Positions 8,027-16,444 are shown, counted from the first letter of the stretch. The stretch: DNA of 23,508 nucleotides from a virus (IMGVR_UViG_2663763227_000016); one strand, 5' to 3'. Notes: a model not told the origin generated them from the sequence alone. Numbers and translations: made by a program.

Positions 8027-8773
8027 ATGAAAAACATTGCGGCAGTTGGGGTTCTTGAACGTATTCGCAGACTTGCACCACAGGGGTCGGTTCCACCGTA
8101 CCGGACGGTGGAGGAGTGGCGGGAATGGCAACTTGCTGAAGGACGAAAACGCAGCGAGGAGATTAACCGCCAGAATCGCCAGTTGCGGGTGGAAAAAATC
8201 CTGAATCGTTCGGGCATCCAGCCTCTGCACAGCAAATGCTCGTTTGCAAATTATCAGGTGCAGAACGACGGGCAAAAATACGCGCTGAGCCAGGCCAAAT
8301 CCATAGCTGACGAACTGATGACCGGGTGCACGAATTTTGTGTTCAGCGGTAAAACCGGCACCGGGAAAAATCACCTTGCAGCGGCGATGGGCAACCGGCT
8401 GATGGTGAAGGGGCGCAGCGTGATTATCGTCACCGTGTCTGACGTCATGAGCGTGTTGCATGACAGCTACGACAACGGCAAATCCGGGGAAAAATTTTTA
8501 CAGGAGCTTTGCGGGGTTGATTTGCTGGTCCTGGATGAAATAGGCGTTCAGCGGGAGACGAAAAACGAGCAGGTGGTATTGCACCAGATAATTGATCGCC
8601 GGACAGCATCACTGTGCAGTGTCGGGATGTTAACAAACCTGAATCATGCCGCAATGAGTACGCTTCTTGGTGAGAGGATTATGGACCGCATGACCATGAA
8701 CGGTGGTCGATGGGTGACGTTTAACTGGGATAGCTGGCGTCCAAATGTCAGCAATATGAGGGTTGTGAAGTAA
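8027..8773 (+). CDS. DnaC-like replicative helicase loader (IstB-like AAA+ ATPase)
   Basis: 248-aa ORF with Walker A (FSGKTGTGKNHLAAAMG) and Walker B (LLVLDEIG) motifs, immediately downstream of the replication initiator. Confidence 0.85.
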   Translation: MKNIAAVGVLERIRRLAPQGSVPPYRTVEEWREWQLAEGRKRSEEINRQNRQLRVEKILNRSGIQPLHSKCSFANYQVQNDGQKYALSQAKSIADELMTGCTNFVFSGKTGTGKNHLAAAMGNRLMVKGRSVIIVTVSDVMSVLHDSYDNGKSGEKFLQELCGVDLLVLDEIGVQRETKNEQVVLHQIIDRRTASLCSVGMLTNLNHAAMSTLLGERIMDRMTMNGGRWVTFNWDSWRPNVSNMRVVK

Positions 8774-8794
8774 TTTTGTCCGGAGGAAATTTTA

Positions 8795-9565
8795 ATGGAA
8801 ACCGTATCTGACGCACTGAAAGCACTGAAAAAAGCCTCTTCACATGTGGTGGCAGCTCGCCTTGGAATCAGTCGTGAAGAGGCTGTCAACGAGCTGTGGG
8901 AACTCAAAAGAAAAGGCGTCGTTGATAAAACTGGTCACACCTGGTTTCTGGCTGGCGAAGGTGAATCCCGGGTAACCGAAGAGCGGCCAGTAAAATCTGA
9001 AGCACAGGATATGCTGACCGGGGAGGTCGAACAAAAAGTTACCGCAGACATGATGATTGAGTTTATCGGTCAGGATGGGGCTAAAACGTGTGAGGAACTG
9101 GCGGGTAAGTTCGGTGTCAGTACTCGCAAGGTTGCTTCCACGCTGGCGGTGGTAACCGCAACGGGGCGGCTGGCACGCGTTAATCAGAACGGTAAATTTC
9201 GTTACTGCATGCCGGGCGATAATTTACCAGCAGAGCCGAAAGCCGCGCTGGTAACGGAAAGTGATGGTAAGGCCTTTCCTCAGCCAGCAGGTGCTGCGTT
9301 ACCAGGCCGGGAAGCCGCAACACAGGAAGAAATTAAAACAGAAACTGTGGCGGACATTGTGCAGTCGTTGCCATCGTTTACCGAAACGCAAGCAGATGAG
9401 CTGATTTTTCCGTCCCTGCGCAGGGCAAACCTGGCGCTGCGCAGGGCGAAAAGTGATGTTCAGAAGTGGGAGCGAGTCTGCGCCGCGCTGCGGGAGCTGA
9501 ACAAGCACCGGGATATTGTTCGACAGATTACTGATTCTTCCCGCCGTGTTGTATCGGAAAAGTGA
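8795..9565 (+). CDS. Hypothetical phage protein with two winged-helix-like repeats
   Basis: 256-aa ORF with GGAGGA 7 nt upstream of the ATG. Two internally similar segments resemble each other (LGISREEAVNELWELKRKGVV and CEELAGKFGVSTRKVASTLAVV). No function recognised. Confidence 0.6.
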   Translation: METVSDALKALKKASSHVVAARLGISREEAVNELWELKRKGVVDKTGHTWFLAGEGESRVTEERPVKSEAQDMLTGEVEQKVTADMMIEFIGQDGAKTCEELAGKFGVSTRKVASTLAVVTATGRLARVNQNGKFRYCMPGDNLPAEPKAALVTESDGKAFPQPAGAALPGREAATQEEIKTETVADIVQSLPSFTETQADELIFPSLRRANLALRRAKSDVQKWERVCAALRELNKHRDIVRQITDSSRRVVSEK

Positions 9566-9580
9566 TTGCCGGAGGCGCTT

Positions 9581-10006
9581 ATGGCAAAAGTATTTACACA
9601 AGAAGAGCGGGAAAAAATTAAAGGGCAGGTTGTTGAACTTGTACGTCTGAGCGGTCGCGAGACGTTACGGCAACTGGAAGCCAAGACAGGTGCGACAAGA
9701 TATCTGATGAGCGTTCTTGCCAGAGAGCTGGTTGCCAGTGGCGATGTATACGACTCTGGTTACGGGTTATTCCCGTCTGAACAGGCGCGTAAGGACTGGC
9801 AAAATGCTCGCAAAAAACTCTCAAGGGCAAAGGTGAAGAAACCTGCAGTGGTTGATCCGGACCTTATCTGGTCGTTACCAGACGGCGAAATACGCCGCTA
9901 CGACAGGCGCCTGAATATAATCTGTCGCGAGTGCCGGAAGAGCGAAGCTATGCAGCGTGTACTGGCATTTTATCAAGGAAATGTTAGGTATTTTAGACGT
10001 TACTAG
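9581..10006 (+). CDS. Hypothetical protein
   Basis: 141-aa ORF with GGAGG 7 nt upstream of the ATG at 9581; the six-frame ORF track starts 15 nt earlier at 9566. Basic C-terminus with a CRECRK motif. Confidence 0.5.
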   Translation: MAKVFTQEEREKIKGQVVELVRLSGRETLRQLEAKTGATRYLMSVLARELVASGDVYDSGYGLFPSEQARKDWQNARKKLSRAKVKKPAVVDPDLIWSLPDGEIRRYDRRLNIICRECRKSEAMQRVLAFYQGNVRYFRRY

Positions 10007-10159
10007 ATTAAAGAGCATTAGTTCAGATGTGAATTGACATTTTCATGGCGCAGGGTAGAGCCAGCGTGGTTGTCCGCTTTGCGTCAAAACCAGATATTAC
10101 CAGATTTAGACATATATTCCCGATAGACCTGCTCTGATGCTACACTCTGTGCTATTTTC

Positions 10160-10846
10160 ATGACCCCAATAAAAATATTTATGACTATTGCTGATTTCAA
10201 ACGGCCTAAATTGGAGCTCCCAAACGGGGCAAACAAACTACTACTGCACTCTTGCTGTGCTCCATGTTCCGGTGAAGTGATGGAGGCGCTTCAGGCCTCG
10301 AGAATCGACTACACCATCTTTTTCTACAACCCGAACATTCATCCTCAGAAAGAGTATTTAATTCGTAAGGATGAAAATATTCGCTTTGCTGAACAACACG
10401 GCGTGCCGTTTATCGATGCTGATTACGACACCGACAACTGGTTTGAACGTGCCAAAGGAATGGAATGGGAGCCTGAGAGGGGGATCCGTTGTACCATGTG
10501 TTTTGACATGCGTTTTGAGCGGACAGCGTTGTACGCTGCTGAAAATGGTTTCAGTGTGATCAGCAGTTCACTGGGCATTTCACGCTGGAAAAATATGCAG
10601 CAGGTTAACGAGTGTGGGCGGCGAGCTGTTGCGCATTATCCGGGTATGGTGTACTGGGATTATAACTGGCGCAAGCAGGGCGGCTCGTCCCGTATGATTG
10701 AAATCAGCAAGCGCGAAAAATTCTATCAGCAGGAATATTGTGGCTGTGTGTATTCTCTGCGCGATACCAATCTACACCGCAAATCTCAGGGACGCCCTCT
10801 TATCAAAATTGGCCAACTCCACTACGGAAAAGAAGAGAAGGAGTGA
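10160..10846 (+). CDS. QueH-like epoxyqueuosine reductase (DUF208 family) moron
   Basis: 228-aa ORF with the N-terminal [11 protein letters not shown] motif I recognise from DUF208/QueH, plus further Cys residues (CTMCFD, CGCVY). There is no clear ribosome-binding site at either candidate start (10160 or 10181). Confidence 0.6.
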   Translation: MTPIKIFMTIADFKRPKLELPNGANKLLLHSCCAPCSGEVMEALQASRIDYTIFFYNPNIHPQKEYLIRKDENIRFAEQHGVPFIDADYDTDNWFERAKGMEWEPERGIRCTMCFDMRFERTALYAAENGFSVISSSLGISRWKNMQQVNECGRRAVAHYPGMVYWDYNWRKQGGSSRMIEISKREKFYQQEYCGCVYSLRDTNLHRKSQGRPLIKIGQLHYGKEEKE

Positions 10847-11083
10847 TTTTATGGATCACCTTTCTGATTGATTTCATATTGGCGAGGTGACGTGAGTTAA
10901 GTAGAATGGCTGCGGGTGCTTGAGGCTATCTGTCTCAGGCATGAACACTGAAAGGCAGATAGAGAAAAGCCCCAGTTAACATTTCGCGTCCTGCAAGACG
11001 CTTAACATTAATCTGAGGCCCAATCTATGTCTCACAAATGTAGGTTAGCCTCTTACGTGCCGAAAGGCAAGGGGAAGCAGGCT

Positions 11084-11239
11084 ATGAAGCAGCAAAAGGC
11101 GATGTTAATCGCCCTGATCGTCATCTGTTTAACCGTCATAGTGACGGCACTGGTAACGAGGAAAGACCTCTGCGAGGTACGACTCCGAACCGGCCAGACG
11201 GAGGTCGCTGTCTTCACAGCTTACGAACCTGAGGAGTAA
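11084..11239 (+). CDS. hokD: Hok/Gef-family type I toxin (HokD/RelF-like)
   Basis: 51-aa ORF MKQQKAMLIALIVICLTVIVTALVTRKDLCEVRLRTGQTEVAVFTAYEPEE, near-identical to Gef/RelF as I recall them. GGGGAAG ribosome-binding site; an in-frame upstream extension (from 11027) resembles a mok-type leader. Confidence 0.85.
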   Translation: MKQQKAMLIALIVICLTVIVTALVTRKDLCEVRLRTGQTEVAVFTAYEPEE

Positions 11240-11308
11240 GAGACCTGGCGGGGGAGAAATCCCTCGCCACCTCTGATGTGTCAGGCATCCTCAACGCACC
11301 CGCACTTA

Positions 11309-11337
11309 ACCCGCTTCGGCGGGTTTTGTTTTTTTCT
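11309..11337 (+). terminator. Rho-independent terminator downstream of hok
   Basis: ACCCGC-TTCG-GCGGGT hairpin followed by TTTGTTTTTTT. Confidence 0.7.
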
Positions 11338-11406
11338 GGCATTCTGGTTTACAATTCGCACGTCAGCCTGAACACCTGACACCTGCTGCGCCAGCAGAGA
11401 AAACAG

Positions 11407-11679
11407 ATGGCGCACAAAACCAAATTTCACAATTCTGATACCGACCTTGCCATCCGGCATGGGCGGCGTTCACACGCATTTAAAACCGACTGGTACCAAC
11501 ACCCACCATGTACTGAAGAACAGGCCGAATGGCTAATTCATAACTACCGCAGACGCGGATACGAGATTAAGAAAGCCCTCAGCCTCGATTATCGTCACTG
11601 GATAATCTCCGTCAGGCTTCCTTACTCTGAACGCCCACCGCGTCCGTCCCGCACATTCCAGCAACGCATCTGGAGGTAA
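11407..11679 (+). CDS. Hypothetical small protein (possibly rem-like by position)
   Basis: 90-aa ORF lying between the hok gene and the DUF968-like gene, as rem does in Qin. Weak ribosome-binding site; identity not recognised from sequence. Confidence 0.45.
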   Translation: MAHKTKFHNSDTDLAIRHGRRSHAFKTDWYQHPPCTEEQAEWLIHNYRRRGYEIKKALSLDYRHWIISVRLPYSERPPRPSRTFQQRIWR

Positions 11680-11680
11680 C

Positions 11681-12736
11681 GTGCGGGTATTACTTCGACC
11701 TGTTCTGGTACCGGAACTCGGGCTGGTGATCGTTAAGCCGGGCCGTGAATCCATGCCGGTATTCCACAATACCCGGGTACTGGTGGAGCCGGAACCGAAA
11801 AGCATGCGTAATCTGCCGTCCGGGGTCGTTCCTGCCGTTCGCCAGCCGCTGGCGGAGGATAAATCATTACTGCCATTTTTCAGCGACGAACGAGTGATTC
11901 GTGCTGCTGGTGGCGCTGGCGCATTGTCTGACTGGTTACTGCGCCATGTTAAATCCTGCCAGTGGCCACACGGCGATTATCACCACAGTGAAACCGTCAT
12001 TCACCGTTATGGTACCGGCGCAATGGTGTTGTGCTGGCACTGCGACAACCAGCTGCGCGACCAGACCTCCGAATCACTCGGGCAACTTGCTCACCAAAAC
12101 CTGTCTGCATGGATGATTGACGTCATACGCCATGCAATGAATGGCTCGCAGGAACGGGAATTATCGCTGGCTGAATTATCCTGGTGGGCGGTCCGCAATC
12201 AGGTGGCGGACGCGCTACCGGAAGCGGTATTACGTCGTTCGCTGGGGTTGCGTGCGGAAAAAATCCGCTCAATGTACCGTGAAAGCGACATCGTACCGGG
12301 AGAGCAGACCGCCACCAGCATACTGAAGCAGCGCACAAAAAATCTTGCGCCGCTGCCTCACGCCCACCAGCAAAACCCGCCACAGGAAAAGACGGTGGTC
12401 AGCATTGCCGTTGATCCGGAGTCACCGGCTCAGTATCTCCAGCGCCAGAAATCACAACGGGAAGAGATGCCTGTATACACGCGTTGGGTAAAAACGCAGA
12501 AATGCATGACGTGTGGCAATCAGGCAGATGATCCGCATCACATCATTGGTCATGGACTGGGAGGGATGGGAACAAAGGCTGATGATTTGTTTGTTATTCC
12601 GCTGTGCCGTAAATGCCATAGCGAACTACACGCCGGGGTAAAAGATTTTGAAGAAAAACACGGCAGCCAGCTGTTGTTGCTGAGTCGTTTTTTAATGCAC
12701 GCGAGAAATTCGGGTGTTCTGAAGTGGAAAGCATAA
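11681..12736 (+). CDS. DUF968-like phage protein (YdfU-like) with a C-terminal HNH-like Cys/His cluster
   Basis: 351-aa ORF starting at GTG 11681 with GGAGG 5 nt upstream. C-terminal CMTCGN...HHIIGHG...CRKCHSELH motif. Its stop abuts the rusA ATG (TAAATG). Confidence 0.7.
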   Translation: MRVLLRPVLVPELGLVIVKPGRESMPVFHNTRVLVEPEPKSMRNLPSGVVPAVRQPLAEDKSLLPFFSDERVIRAAGGAGALSDWLLRHVKSCQWPHGDYHHSETVIHRYGTGAMVLCWHCDNQLRDQTSESLGQLAHQNLSAWMIDVIRHAMNGSQERELSLAELSWWAVRNQVADALPEAVLRRSLGLRAEKIRSMYRESDIVPGEQTATSILKQRTKNLAPLPHAHQQNPPQEKTVVSIAVDPESPAQYLQRQKSQREEMPVYTRWVKTQKCMTCGNQADDPHHIIGHGLGGMGTKADDLFVIPLCRKCHSELHAGVKDFEEKHGSQLLLLSRFLMHARNSGVLKWKA

Positions 12737-13102
12737 ATGACTGAACGCATAGAATTTGTTTTGCCTTACCCGCCAACGGTGAACACTTACTGGCGACGTC
12801 GTGGCAGCACATATTTTGTATCAAAAGTCGGTGAGCGTTATCGCCGTGATGTGGCGCTTATTGTTCGCCAGCAGCAACTGAAATTAAACCTGTCCGGAAG
12901 GCCGGCAATAGAAATTATTGCAGAGCCACCGGATAAGCGCCGTCGTGACCTGGACAATATCCTGAAGGCACCACTGGATGTACTGACGCATGCGGGGCTG
13001 CTCATAGACGACGAGCAGTTTGATGAAATTAATATTGTGCGCGGTCAGCTTGTTCCTGGTGGGCGGTTGGGGATAAAAATCACAGAACTGGAGTACGCAT
13101 GA
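12737..13102 (+). CDS. rusA: Holliday junction resolvase RusA
   Basis: 121-aa ORF containing YPPTVNTYW...RRRDLDNILKAPLDVLTHAGLLIDDEQ...GGRLGIKITELE, closely matching RusA as I recall it. Confidence 0.9.
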   Translation: MTERIEFVLPYPPTVNTYWRRRGSTYFVSKVGERYRRDVALIVRQQQLKLNLSGRPAIEIIAEPPDKRRRDLDNILKAPLDVLTHAGLLIDDEQFDEINIVRGQLVPGGRLGIKITELEYA

Positions 13103-13788
13103 ATAACCAGTATTTACAGTTTGTTCGTGAGCAACTCATGATTGCCACCGCCGATTTGAGTGGATCAACAAAAGGGCAGCTTGAGGCCTGGCAGGAGAAT
13201 GCCATGTTTGATACAGGGCGTTACAGGCGTAAAAAAATCCGGTACCGCGATGAAGTGACTGGAAAAATGATAACGCGGGATAATCCACCAATCCCGGGAA
13301 AGCAATCGCTGGCGAAGGGGGTGTCAATTCCTCTCGTCAGTCCGGTTGAGTTTTCGACATCATCGTGGCGGCGGGCTGTTCTGTCTCTTGAAGAACATCA
13401 TAAAGCCTGGTTGTTGTGGTGTTACAGCGGGAGTATTTGTTGGGAATATCAGATCGCGATAACGCAGTGGGTGTGGAATGAATTTAAAACCCGGTACGGC
13501 ACCAGAAAAATTGCAGGGAAAACGCAGGAGCGCGTGAAGAAGTTGATCTGGCTGGCGGCACAGGATGTCAGAGGATGGATTACCGGGTGTGAGGTCTACC
13601 AGAGACAGGAGCTTGCCAGACTGTGTGGAGTTAAGCCTGATAACTGGAGCCATAATTATGCGAACTACTGGCGTGAGATGTGCGATATTTTTAAGAGTCT
13701 CGATAGAGAATCTGTGATTTGCACCGTGAAAATAAGAGCGCAACAAAAAGCGACTTTTTCACGACGAGATATTGCAAAAGTCAATTAA
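13099..13788 (+). CDS. Putative late-gene antiterminator (Q-like), by position
   Basis: 229-aa ORF overlapping the rusA stop (ATGA), the last gene before a promoter-like TATAAAT box and a strong terminator. I could not match it to lambda Q by sequence. Confidence 0.4.
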   Translation: MNNQYLQFVREQLMIATADLSGSTKGQLEAWQENAMFDTGRYRRKKIRYRDEVTGKMITRDNPPIPGKQSLAKGVSIPLVSPVEFSTSSWRRAVLSLEEHHKAWLLWCYSGSICWEYQIAITQWVWNEFKTRYGTRKIAGKTQERVKKLIWLAAQDVRGWITGCEVYQRQELARLCGVKPDNWSHNYANYWREMCDIFKSLDRESVICTVKIRAQQKATFSRRDIAKVN

Positions 13789-13849
13789 ATAGCGTACGTT
13801 TCGTATAAATCTGATATTTTGCCGATTTTGTACGCGATGGCAAAGTAAG

Positions 13850-13882
13850 AAAAAAAACTGCCGTCAGGCGGTTTTTTTTTAT
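13850..13882 (+). terminator. Intrinsic terminator (tR'-like) downstream of the Q-like gene
   Basis: A8-CTGCC-GTCA-GGCGG-T9: a short GC stem flanked by an A-run and a T-run, so potentially bidirectional. Confidence 0.65.
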
Positions 13883-14002
13883 GCCCAAAATCGCGTCAGT
13901 ACAGTAAACACGCTGGTGGTTGCGAATACGGGTCTTTCAGCTTGCTGGCTTTTTCGACAAGAGTTATTGGTATGTCACGTTAACCGGAAAAAGGAAAAAG
14001 AC

Positions 14003-14200
14003 ATGCTAAAACAGCAGGATATGACAGAAACCGCCAGAGTGGTGTTTAATGAATTAAGCGTTACCGAACCGGCGACAGTCGGGGAGATAGCGCAGAATAC
14101 TTACCTTTCACGCGAACGCTGCCAGTTAATACTGACTCAGCTGGTTATGGCGGGTCTGGCAGACTATCAGTTCGGTTGTTACAGACGCCTTCCGCAGTGA
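14003..14200 (+). CDS. Small hypothetical protein, possibly winged-helix, upstream of the methyltransferase
   Basis: 65-aa ORF MLKQQDMTETARVVFNELSVTEPATVGEIAQNTYLSRERCQLILTQLVMAGLADYQ... with AAGGAAAAAG upstream of the ATG. Confidence 0.45.
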   Translation: MLKQQDMTETARVVFNELSVTEPATVGEIAQNTYLSRERCQLILTQLVMAGLADYQFGCYRRLPQ

Positions 14201-14350
14201 AGGCTTTTTTATTTGTGGTAAATGGGCGGCTGGTGGGTGTTAGGGGCACTTACCAGCCATCTGCTCATGCGTTGGGTTCACAAGCAAACCTCAGGCCCAC
14301 TGCTTTGCGCAAAAGCAGAATGAGCCTATCAGAGACAGGCTTAATGATCC

Positions 14351-15400
14351 ATGCTTAATACTGTAAAAATATCCAGTTGTGAGTTAATCAACGCCGACTG
14401 CCTGGAATTTATCCGGTCGTTACCCGAAAATTCTGTTGACCTGATAGTCACGGACCCGCCGTACTTTAAAGTGAAGCCTGAGGGCTGGGATAACCAGTGG
14501 AAGGGCGACGATGATTACCTGAAGTGGCTGGACCAGTGTCTGGCGCAGTTCTGGCGGGTGCTGAAACCTGTCGGAAGTCTTTACCTGTTCTGTGGTCATC
14601 GCCTGGCATCTGATATCGAAATCATGATGCGTGAACGCTTCAGTGTGCTGAACCATATTATCTGGGCGAAGCCGTCCGGACGCTGGAACGGATGCAACAA
14701 GGAAAGCCTGCGGGCGTATTTCCCCGCCACAGAGCGCATTCTGTTCGCGGAACATTATCAGGGGCCGTATCGTCCGAAAGATGCCGGGTATGCGGCGAAG
14801 GGCAGTGCACTGAAACAGCATGTGATGGCCCCGCTGATTTCTTACTTTCGTGATGCGCGCGCTGCCCTGGGGATAACGGCAAAACAGATTGCAGATGCCA
14901 CAGGAAAGAAAAACATGGTGTCGCACTGGTTCAGTGCCAGTCAGTGGCAGCTACCGAACGAAAGCGATTATCTGAAATTACAGTCGCTGTTTGCCCGGGT
15001 GGCAGAAGAGAAACATCAGCGCGGTGAACTGGAAAAGCCCCACCACCAGCTGGTGGATACGTATACGTCACTGAACCGGCAGTATGTGGAGCTGCAGAGT
15101 GAATATAAGCATCTGCGGCGGTATTTTGGTGTGACGGCGCAGGTGCCGTACACGGATGTGTGGACACATAAACCGGTGCAGTTCTATCCCGGGAAACATC
15201 CGTGCGAAAAACCGGCAGAAATGCTGCAGCAGATAATCAGCGCAAGCAGTCGTCCGGGTGACCTGGTTGCAGATTTTTTTATGGGCTCAGGTTCAACGGT
15301 AAAAGTGGCACTGGCGCTCGGGCGTCGTGCGATTGGCGTTGAACTGGAGACCGGACGTTTTGAGCAGACAGTCAGGGAAGTTCAGGATTTAATCGTTTGA
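14351..15400 (+). CDS. DNA methyltransferase, beta-class amino-methyltransferase (N6-adenine or N4-cytosine), no restriction partner
   Basis: 349-aa ORF with the catalytic DPPY motif (LIVTDPPYF) near the N-terminus and the AdoMet-binding FxGxG motif (DFFMGSGST) near the C-terminus, the beta-class order. No endonuclease gene is adjacent. Confidence 0.85.
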   Translation: MLNTVKISSCELINADCLEFIRSLPENSVDLIVTDPPYFKVKPEGWDNQWKGDDDYLKWLDQCLAQFWRVLKPVGSLYLFCGHRLASDIEIMMRERFSVLNHIIWAKPSGRWNGCNKESLRAYFPATERILFAEHYQGPYRPKDAGYAAKGSALKQHVMAPLISYFRDARAALGITAKQIADATGKKNMVSHWFSASQWQLPNESDYLKLQSLFARVAEEKHQRGELEKPHHQLVDTYTSLNRQYVELQSEYKHLRRYFGVTAQVPYTDVWTHKPVQFYPGKHPCEKPAEMLQQIISASSRPGDLVADFFMGSGSTVKVALALGRRAIGVELETGRFEQTVREVQDLIV

Positions 15401-15449
15401 AACGGATGAGATTGCAGAATTAATTACGCACCATTATTATTCTGCTCCC

Positions 15450-15525
15450 GGCCCTTTAGCTCAGTGGTGAGAGCGAGCGACTCATAATCGCCAGGTCGCT
15501 GGTTCAAATCCAGCAAGGGCCACCA
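15450..15525 (+). tRNA. tRNA with CAU anticodon (Ile2-lysidine type or Met; ileZ-like)
   Basis: Manual cloverleaf: acceptor GGCCCTT/AAGGGCC, D-arm GCTC-AGTGGTGA-GAGC, anticodon loop CTCATAA, T-arm GCTGG-TTCAAAT-CCAGC, encoded CCA. Confidence 0.85.
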
Positions 15526-15532
15526 TCACATA

Positions 15533-15609
15533 CCGCCATTAGCTCATCAGGAAAGAGCGCCAGCTTTCGAAGCTGGTTGCGCGGAGTTCGGGTCCCCGAA
15601 GGCGGTCCA
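15533..15609 (+). tRNA. Possible tRNA-Arg (anticodon UCG), degenerate or pseudo-tRNA
   Basis: Manual fold: D-arm GCTC-ATCAGGAAA-GAGC, perfect anticodon stem CCAGC/GCTGG with loop TTTCGAA, encoded CCA. It has mismatches in the acceptor and T stems, a non-canonical T-loop (TTCGGGT) and starts with C. Confidence 0.45.
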
Positions 15610-15622
15610 TTATCTGTATCCT

Positions 15623-15699
15623 GCGTTGTTAGCTCAGCCGGACAGAGCAATTGCCTTCTAAGCAATCGGTCACTGGTTCGAATCCAGTACAACGCGCCA
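15623..15699 (+). tRNA. tRNA-Arg (anticodon UCU, reads AGA)
   Basis: Canonical cloverleaf: acceptor GCGTTGT/ACAACGC, D-arm GCTC-AGCCGGACA-GAGC, anticodon stem ATTGC/GCAAT with loop CTTCTAA, T-arm ACTGG-TTCGAAT-CCAGT, encoded CCA. Confidence 0.9.
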
Positions 15700-15743
15700 C
15701 ACTTATTTTCCCTGGCTCGCTTTTGCGGGCTTTTTTTAAATGT

Positions 15744-15958
15744 CTCACAATTCAGGCGGTTGACTGTTGTCTGGTTTGCGGGGAGTTTGTTAAAAGAAAC
15801 TGGCATGGTGAATCCCCCTGTGCGGAGGGGCAATCAGCGAGTAGGTATATGGGATAATCGCGGATTCAGGTGCTGGTACTGAATTCACCGGGAGGCACCC
15901 GGCACCATGCAATGGCACATAGCGCCACTCTCCAGCCCCTCTCCGGAGGGGCTTTTCT
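15744..15958 (+). repeat. Structured non-coding module, copy A (TTGACT box, two hairpins, terminator-like GCCCCTC-TCCG-GAGGGGC-TTTT)
   Basis: Shares with copy B, at a 468-bp offset, the blocks CTCACAATTCAG, CATGGTGAATCCCCCTG.GCGGAGGGGC, CACCGGGAGGCACCCGGCACCATG and CCCCTCTCCGGAGGGGCTTT. Confidence 0.6.
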
Positions 15959-16147
15959 GTGCCGGATACATCACAGTTTCTGGAACCTTAGGTACTACAG
16001 TATCAGTCAGGGTGCTATATTTTCAGATGTGATGAAAGCCTGTCAGCAGGCAGGGCGTATCGGAAATGACCCAGTAGAGAAAACGTTGACTCAGATACCG
16101 GTGCTGAGTTACCGGGAAACCGGCATCACATGACCGCTATCCTTCCA

Positions 16148-16174
16148 GGCCCATCCGCTCCGGTGGGCCTTTTT
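16148..16174 (+). terminator. Terminator-like hairpin between the two repeat modules
   Basis: GGCCCA-(10-nt loop)-TGGGCC followed by TTTTT. Confidence 0.5.
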
Positions 16175-16211
16175 ACTGCAGAAAACAGGTTCCCCGTTAA
16201 ATGCTATGTTG

Positions 16212-16444
16212 CTCACAATTCAGTAAGTTGACAGTTGCCTGTCAGACTGGGCATTTGTTAAAAAAATTTCGCATGGTGAATCCCCCTGAGCGGAGGGGCG
16301 ACTGGTGACGGTATAATCTCTGATTATCAAAACGAGAATGACGCGGGTTTAGTGGCACCGGGCTGAACTCACCGGGAGGCACCCGGCACCATGTGCATGA
16401 TGATACAGATACGCGGCTTTAGCCCCTCTCCGGAGGGGCTTTCT
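16212..16444 (+). repeat. Structured non-coding module, copy B (TTGACA box, GGTATAAT, hairpins, terminator-like hairpin)
   Basis: Diverged tandem copy of module A. It contains TTGACA (16229-16234) and a consensus-like TATAAT (16309-16314). Confidence 0.6.

Noticed and set aside
10870-10975. Inverted repeat CTATCTG...CAGATAG upstream of the hok gene as a possible Sok antisense terminator
   Set aside because: Neither strand has a U-run after the hairpin, and no promoter could be placed. It is more simply part of the structured hok mRNA leader.
11901-12383. Alternative-frame ORFs inside the DUF968-like gene (11901-12116 plus, 12123-12383 minus, 12141-12326 plus)
   Set aside because: Nested within a 351-aa ORF that has a good ribosome-binding site and a coherent Cys/His motif.
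14420-15167. Minus-strand ORFs inside the methyltransferase gene (14420-14926, 14658-14882, 14931-15167)
   Set aside because: Antisense to a well-supported methyltransferase ORF. Arg/His/Pro-rich translations typical of reverse-frame artefacts in GC-rich coding DNA.
15504-15882. ORFs overlapping the tRNA cluster (15504-15833 minus, 15577-15882 plus, 15651-15857 plus)
   Set aside because: They run through tRNA genes and hairpin-rich non-coding sequence and have no ribosome-binding sites; the tRNA folds explain the region better.
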